The translations under genes and the position numbers were made by a program. From IMG/VR virus record IMGVR_UViG_2860815047_000004: 20,000 nucleotides of DNA. One strand, written 5' to 3'. Below, piece by piece: positions 17,078-20,000 of the stretch. The notes beneath the pieces were generated by a model that ran no database searches, was not told the origin of the DNA, and worked only from the letters and a program-made list of their open reading frames with translations. Source of the stretch: an uncultured virus (IMG/VR IMGVR_UViG_2860815047_000004) (Duplodnaviria; Heunggongvirae; Uroviricota; Caudoviricetes). Within the stretch, counting starts at the first letter, position 1. Each line of letters begins with the position of its first letter.

Positions 17078-17677
17078 TTGGGAGGTACAAACCAAGGCAA
17101 GGTTTTTGAAGCAAATATAGAAAAATCAGCTGCAGATCAAAAGCTGTTCTTCTATAGAATTAAAGATGTTAACCCAATGTTTTTGAAAAGGGGAGCAGCT
17201 GTATCAAAAAACAAATACGATTGCTTCCTGCACTTTAAAGGTTATCTTTTTCCTTTTGAACTTAAATCAACAAAGAACAAGTCTGTATCTTTCAGTGAAA
17301 AGATCATCAAGGCACAACAGATTAAACACTTAAAAGAGGCAACGCAGTATCCAAACATAATTCCTGGTTTTCTGTTTCAATTTAGAGAGCCAGAAAACAA
17401 AGTTTATTTCGTACATATTAATGATTTCCTTACATATAAGAACATAGCTGAAAATCAGTTGCCACATACATATAAAAACAAAATAAACAAGTCCAGTATT
17501 CCGATTTCCATATGTGAGGAGATCGGCACAGAAGTCCGTTGGATGAAGAAAAAAGTTAACTATACATATTACTTGAACAAGCTTTGCGATGATTTGATTA
17601 AGAAATCCAATGCATTGGACAACCCCAATAAATCATACATTGATGGCAAGTCATCAATAGGGGTGGTACATCAATGA
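17078..17677 (+). CDS. RecU-like Holliday junction resolvase (YotM-like)
   Basis: NQGKVFE...YDC...FELKST...QIKHL nuclease motifs; AGGAG RBS. Confidence 0.85.
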   Translation: MGGTNQGKVFEANIEKSAADQKLFFYRIKDVNPMFLKRGAAVSKNKYDCFLHFKGYLFPFELKSTKNKSVSFSEKIIKAQQIKHLKEATQYPNIIPGFLFQFREPENKVYFVHINDFLTYKNIAENQLPHTYKNKINKSSIPISICEEIGTEVRWMKKKVNYTYYLNKLCDDLIKKSNALDNPNKSYIDGKSSIGVVHQ

Positions 17678-17820
17678 GCAAGCGAAAAGAGTGCCCAGAG
17701 AATTACAAAGTAACCACAGAAGTAACAGAGAGTGTGCGTGAATGGATTGATGAGGTAATGGGGGGCAAGGAGTTTTATGATTTTGCTGCAATGCTTATGT
17801 ACAAGTACAAAAAAGCTTAA
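17674..17820 (+). CDS. 48-aa protein, candidate recombination directionality factor (not in ORF track)
   Basis: GGGGTGG RBS and ATGA overlap with the resolvase. Occupies the position of sprB/yotN and lies directly upstream of the integrase. Confidence 0.6.
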   Translation: MSKRKECPENYKVTTEVTESVREWIDEVMGGKEFYDFAAMLMYKYKKA

Positions 17821-17825
17821 GACTT

Positions 17826-17855
17826 AAGTATACCGTCGATTATGATGGTATACTT
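17826..17855. promoter_or_regulatory. Inverted repeat overlapping a candidate integrase extended -10
   Basis: AAGTATACCGTC-N6-GATGGTATACTT (11/12 match); TGGTATACT at 17846-17854. Confidence 0.55.
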
Positions 17856-17905
17856 CTTAACATGTACAGACGTAAAAGATTAAACAATAGGGGGAAAGAT
17901 GACCA

Positions 17906-19609
17906 TTGCTTATATTAAAAGGTGACCAAAAATTAAATACTGAGCAGATTATGTCCCTCATTGGAAAAGTAAATGCACTAATTTATGCAAGGGTATCAAC
18001 CACAGATCAAGCTAAAAAAGGTTTCTCAATTGAGTCACAGTTGGATAGGTGCAAAGAAAGGGCTATGAGCAAATTCGGTTACAAGGCAAGTGAGCTGATT
18101 GCTTTAGTTGAACCAGGTGGAATGGGCGATGATCCTAATAGACCGGCTCTAAATCATGCTCTTTATTTACTCCAAAAGGGATTAGGTAAGAAATTTTTAG
18201 TTCTTCACCCAGATCGCTTAACAAGGGATAACACTTTACAAGGGGTTATTTCACGGAGAATCTGGGGGATGGGCGTTGATATTGAGTTTATCGAGTTTGA
18301 AGTGAATCCGAATGATCCTGAATCAATGCTAATGTACAACATTCAAGGATCTATTGCCCAATACAACAAAGCGAAAATACATGCAAACTCAAAACGTGGA
18401 CGCCTTGCAAAAGCAAAGAAAGGTGAGTTTCCTTCATTTAAAAGGTTGTACGGTTACAAGTTTAATACGGTAACAGACCTTCCAGAGTACAATGAAGAGG
18501 AAAAAGAAATATTGTTAGAGATGAAGGATATGTTGCTAAATAAAAAATTATCTTCAAATGAAATTGCCAAAGAACTTTCCAGAAGGGGCGTGGCAGCTCC
18601 GAATGGTAAAACGTGGTTCCAGTCTACGGTAAGCAGGATGCTACAAAATGAAGACTACACTGGAGACTTTTATTACGGTAAGTCAAAAGTGGTTCAAGTA
18701 AACGGCAAGAAAAAGCAAATTGCAACACCTAAAGATGAATGGATTCTTATTAAAATTCCTCCAATGTGGGATCATGAGACCCGAGATCAAATCATTAAAC
18801 AATTAAAAGCGAATTTCAAAGGAAGAAGTCGATCAACACGAGATTACTTATTAAAAGGAAAAGCGGTATGTGGTCGTTGTGGCGGGTCTTGCGGATCCGG
18901 AATAACGTCAAAAACGAAATCAGGCATTTATAAGTATTATTCATGTTGTAATAAAAGCACAAAAGCATATCAAAATGGCAAAGAGCTATTTAAATGCAAA
19001 GGAAAGAACTGGAGAGTAGACATTGTAGACGAAGTTTTTTGGAAATGGTTTAAGAAACTGATTAAGAATCCGAAAAAATTCTTGGATCAATTCTTAGAAG
19101 AAGCATCTAATGAAAAAAGTATTGAGGACATAAAAATCAAGATTAATCGGTTACAAAAACAACATGAGGAAATCGATTCCGAAATAGCCAATTACGTAAT
19201 CCTCTTTGGTAAAGGAAAAATAAAAGAAAGTATGTTCGATGAATTAACACGGCCATTAGAGCTAAATAAAGAACATGTTGAAAATGAATTAGAAATACTG
19301 CAATCGCAGTTAAATGCAAACAAGAAAGTGGAGGACAGAAACGAACAAACAATCAAGTACATGAATTCATTTGCAGAAATGGTTGACAAGGATTTATCAA
19401 TGAGTGAAAAAAGAAATTTCTTAGACTTTTTCATTGAGAAGGTCACATTGTATGATGACGATCATATGGAGGTTGTTTGGAAGAACAAAACACTAAATGA
19501 GGACAGGAGTCAAACAGTTGATTTTACTGAGGGTGAACCGGAAGAGGCTTCTGATAATCAACATAAAAGATTAAACCGTATTCAAGCATATGGAAGACAA
19601 ACAGCATGA
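17906..19609 (+). CDS. Large serine integrase
   Basis: YARVSTTDQ catalytic motif, DRLTR, recombinase domain (YGYK), zinc ribbon CGRCG...YYSC and a coiled coil. Confidence 0.96.
   Translation: MLILKGDQKLNTEQIMSLIGKVNALIYARVSTTDQAKKGFSIESQLDRCKERAMSKFGYKASELIALVEPGGMGDDPNRPALNHALYLLQKGLGKKFLVLHPDRLTRDNTLQGVISRRIWGMGVDIEFIEFEVNPNDPESMLMYNIQGSIAQYNKAKIHANSKRGRLAKAKKGEFPSFKRLYGYKFNTVTDLPEYNEEEKEILLEMKDMLLNKKLSSNEIAKELSRRGVAAPNGKTWFQSTVSRMLQNEDYTGDFYYGKSKVVQVNGKKKQIATPKDEWILIKIPPMWDHETRDQIIKQLKANFKGRSRSTRDYLLKGKAVCGRCGGSCGSGITSKTKSGIYKYYSCCNKSTKAYQNGKELFKCKGKNWRVDIVDEVFWKWFKKLIKNPKKFLDQFLEEASNEKSIEDIKIKINRLQKQHEEIDSEIANYVILFGKGKIKESMFDELTRPLELNKEHVENELEILQSQLNANKKVEDRNEQTIKYMNSFAEMVDKDLSMSEKRNFLDFFIEKVTLYDDDHMEVVWKNKTLNEDRSQTVDFTEGEPEEASDNQHKRLNRIQAYGRQTA
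19575..19595. other. Prophage-host attachment junction within spoVK (approximate)
   Basis: The spoVK frame reads K-H-M-E-D-K from 19584. Upstream it diverges from the expected ...IDTLV and hits TAA at 19572-19574. Confidence 0.75.
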
Positions 19610-20000
19610 ATTTATTCTGATCCTGGCAGGGTACTCGAGAGAAATGACACATTTCCTGTCATTAAATCCCGGCCTGCAATCGCGTTTCCCTATCAGCATC
19701 GATTTTCCGGATTACTCTGTCACTCAGCTGATGGACATCGCAAAGCGCATGATAGCAGAGCGGGAGTATCAATTAAGCCAGGAAGCCGAGTGGAAGTTAA
19801 AAGATTACTTAATGACAGTGAAAAGCACGACAAGCCCCATTAAATTCAGCAACGGGCGCTTTGTCAGAAACGTGATTGAAAAATCGATCCGCGCTCAGGC
19901 TATGAGACTTTTAATGGGAGACCAATATTTAAAAAACGATTTAATGACGATCAAGAGCCAGGATTTACTTATAAAAGATGAGGCGGCAGCTCACGAATAG
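19584..20000 (+). pseudogene. spoVK: 3' part of stage V sporulation protein K (AAA+ ATPase), split by the prophage
   Basis: KHMEDKQHEFILILAGY...LNPGLQSRFP...FSNGRFVRNVIEKS matches the SpoVK C-terminal half; Walker A/B region is absent. Confidence 0.92.

Larger units (their letters stand above)
1..19585. mobile_element. SPbeta/phi3T-like prophage, end adjacent to the att junction in spoVK
   Basis: Gene order yosL-nrdI-nrdE-nrdF-thioredoxin-dUTPase-...-thyA-...-sspC remnant-yotB-...-XRE-RecU-serine integrase matches SPbeta-family genomes. DNA is AT-rich and switches to host spoVK coding sequence near 19584. Confidence 0.93.

Noticed and set aside
266..19446. Shadow ORFs 266-514, 1761-1943, 3345-3539, 4322-4519, 7446-7811, 8398-8625, 8709-8966, 10037-10321, 10599-10844, 11408-11842, 11664-11894, 11860-12129, 13726-14067, 15263-15463, 19143-19352 and 19192-19446
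   Set aside because: Antisense or alternate-frame overlaps of better-supported genes, with no recognisable motifs.
1..20000. tRNA, rRNA or IS transposase genes
   Set aside because: None recognised by eye; the structured RNAs seen are explained by the introns and terminators.

Overview
This is the right-hand end of an SPbeta/phi3T-like temperate Bacillus prophage (1 to about 19585), integrated into the host sporulation gene spoVK, whose 3' half (about 19584-20000) closes the window. The phage part begins with a MazE-mimic yosL-like gene. A nucleotide-metabolism block follows: nrdI; nrdE with a 253-nt group I intron and a 1-nt frameshift; nrdF with a 988-nt group I intron carrying a GIY-YIG homing endonuclease; an NrdH/thioredoxin; dUTPase; thyA; and dihydrofolate reductase. 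There are two antisense accessory genes with their own promoters (one DUF1643-like) and two GC-richer foreign patches. A free-standing HNH endonuclease sits next to a truncated sspC remnant. After it come yotB, a string of small hypothetical ORFs separated by a recurring ATAAAA-N6-TTTTAT palindrome, an XRE regulator, a RecU-like resolvase, a candidate recombination directionality factor and a large serine integrase whose last codons run across the att junction into spoVK. All family assignments come from motif recognition and recalled sequences; no searches were run.
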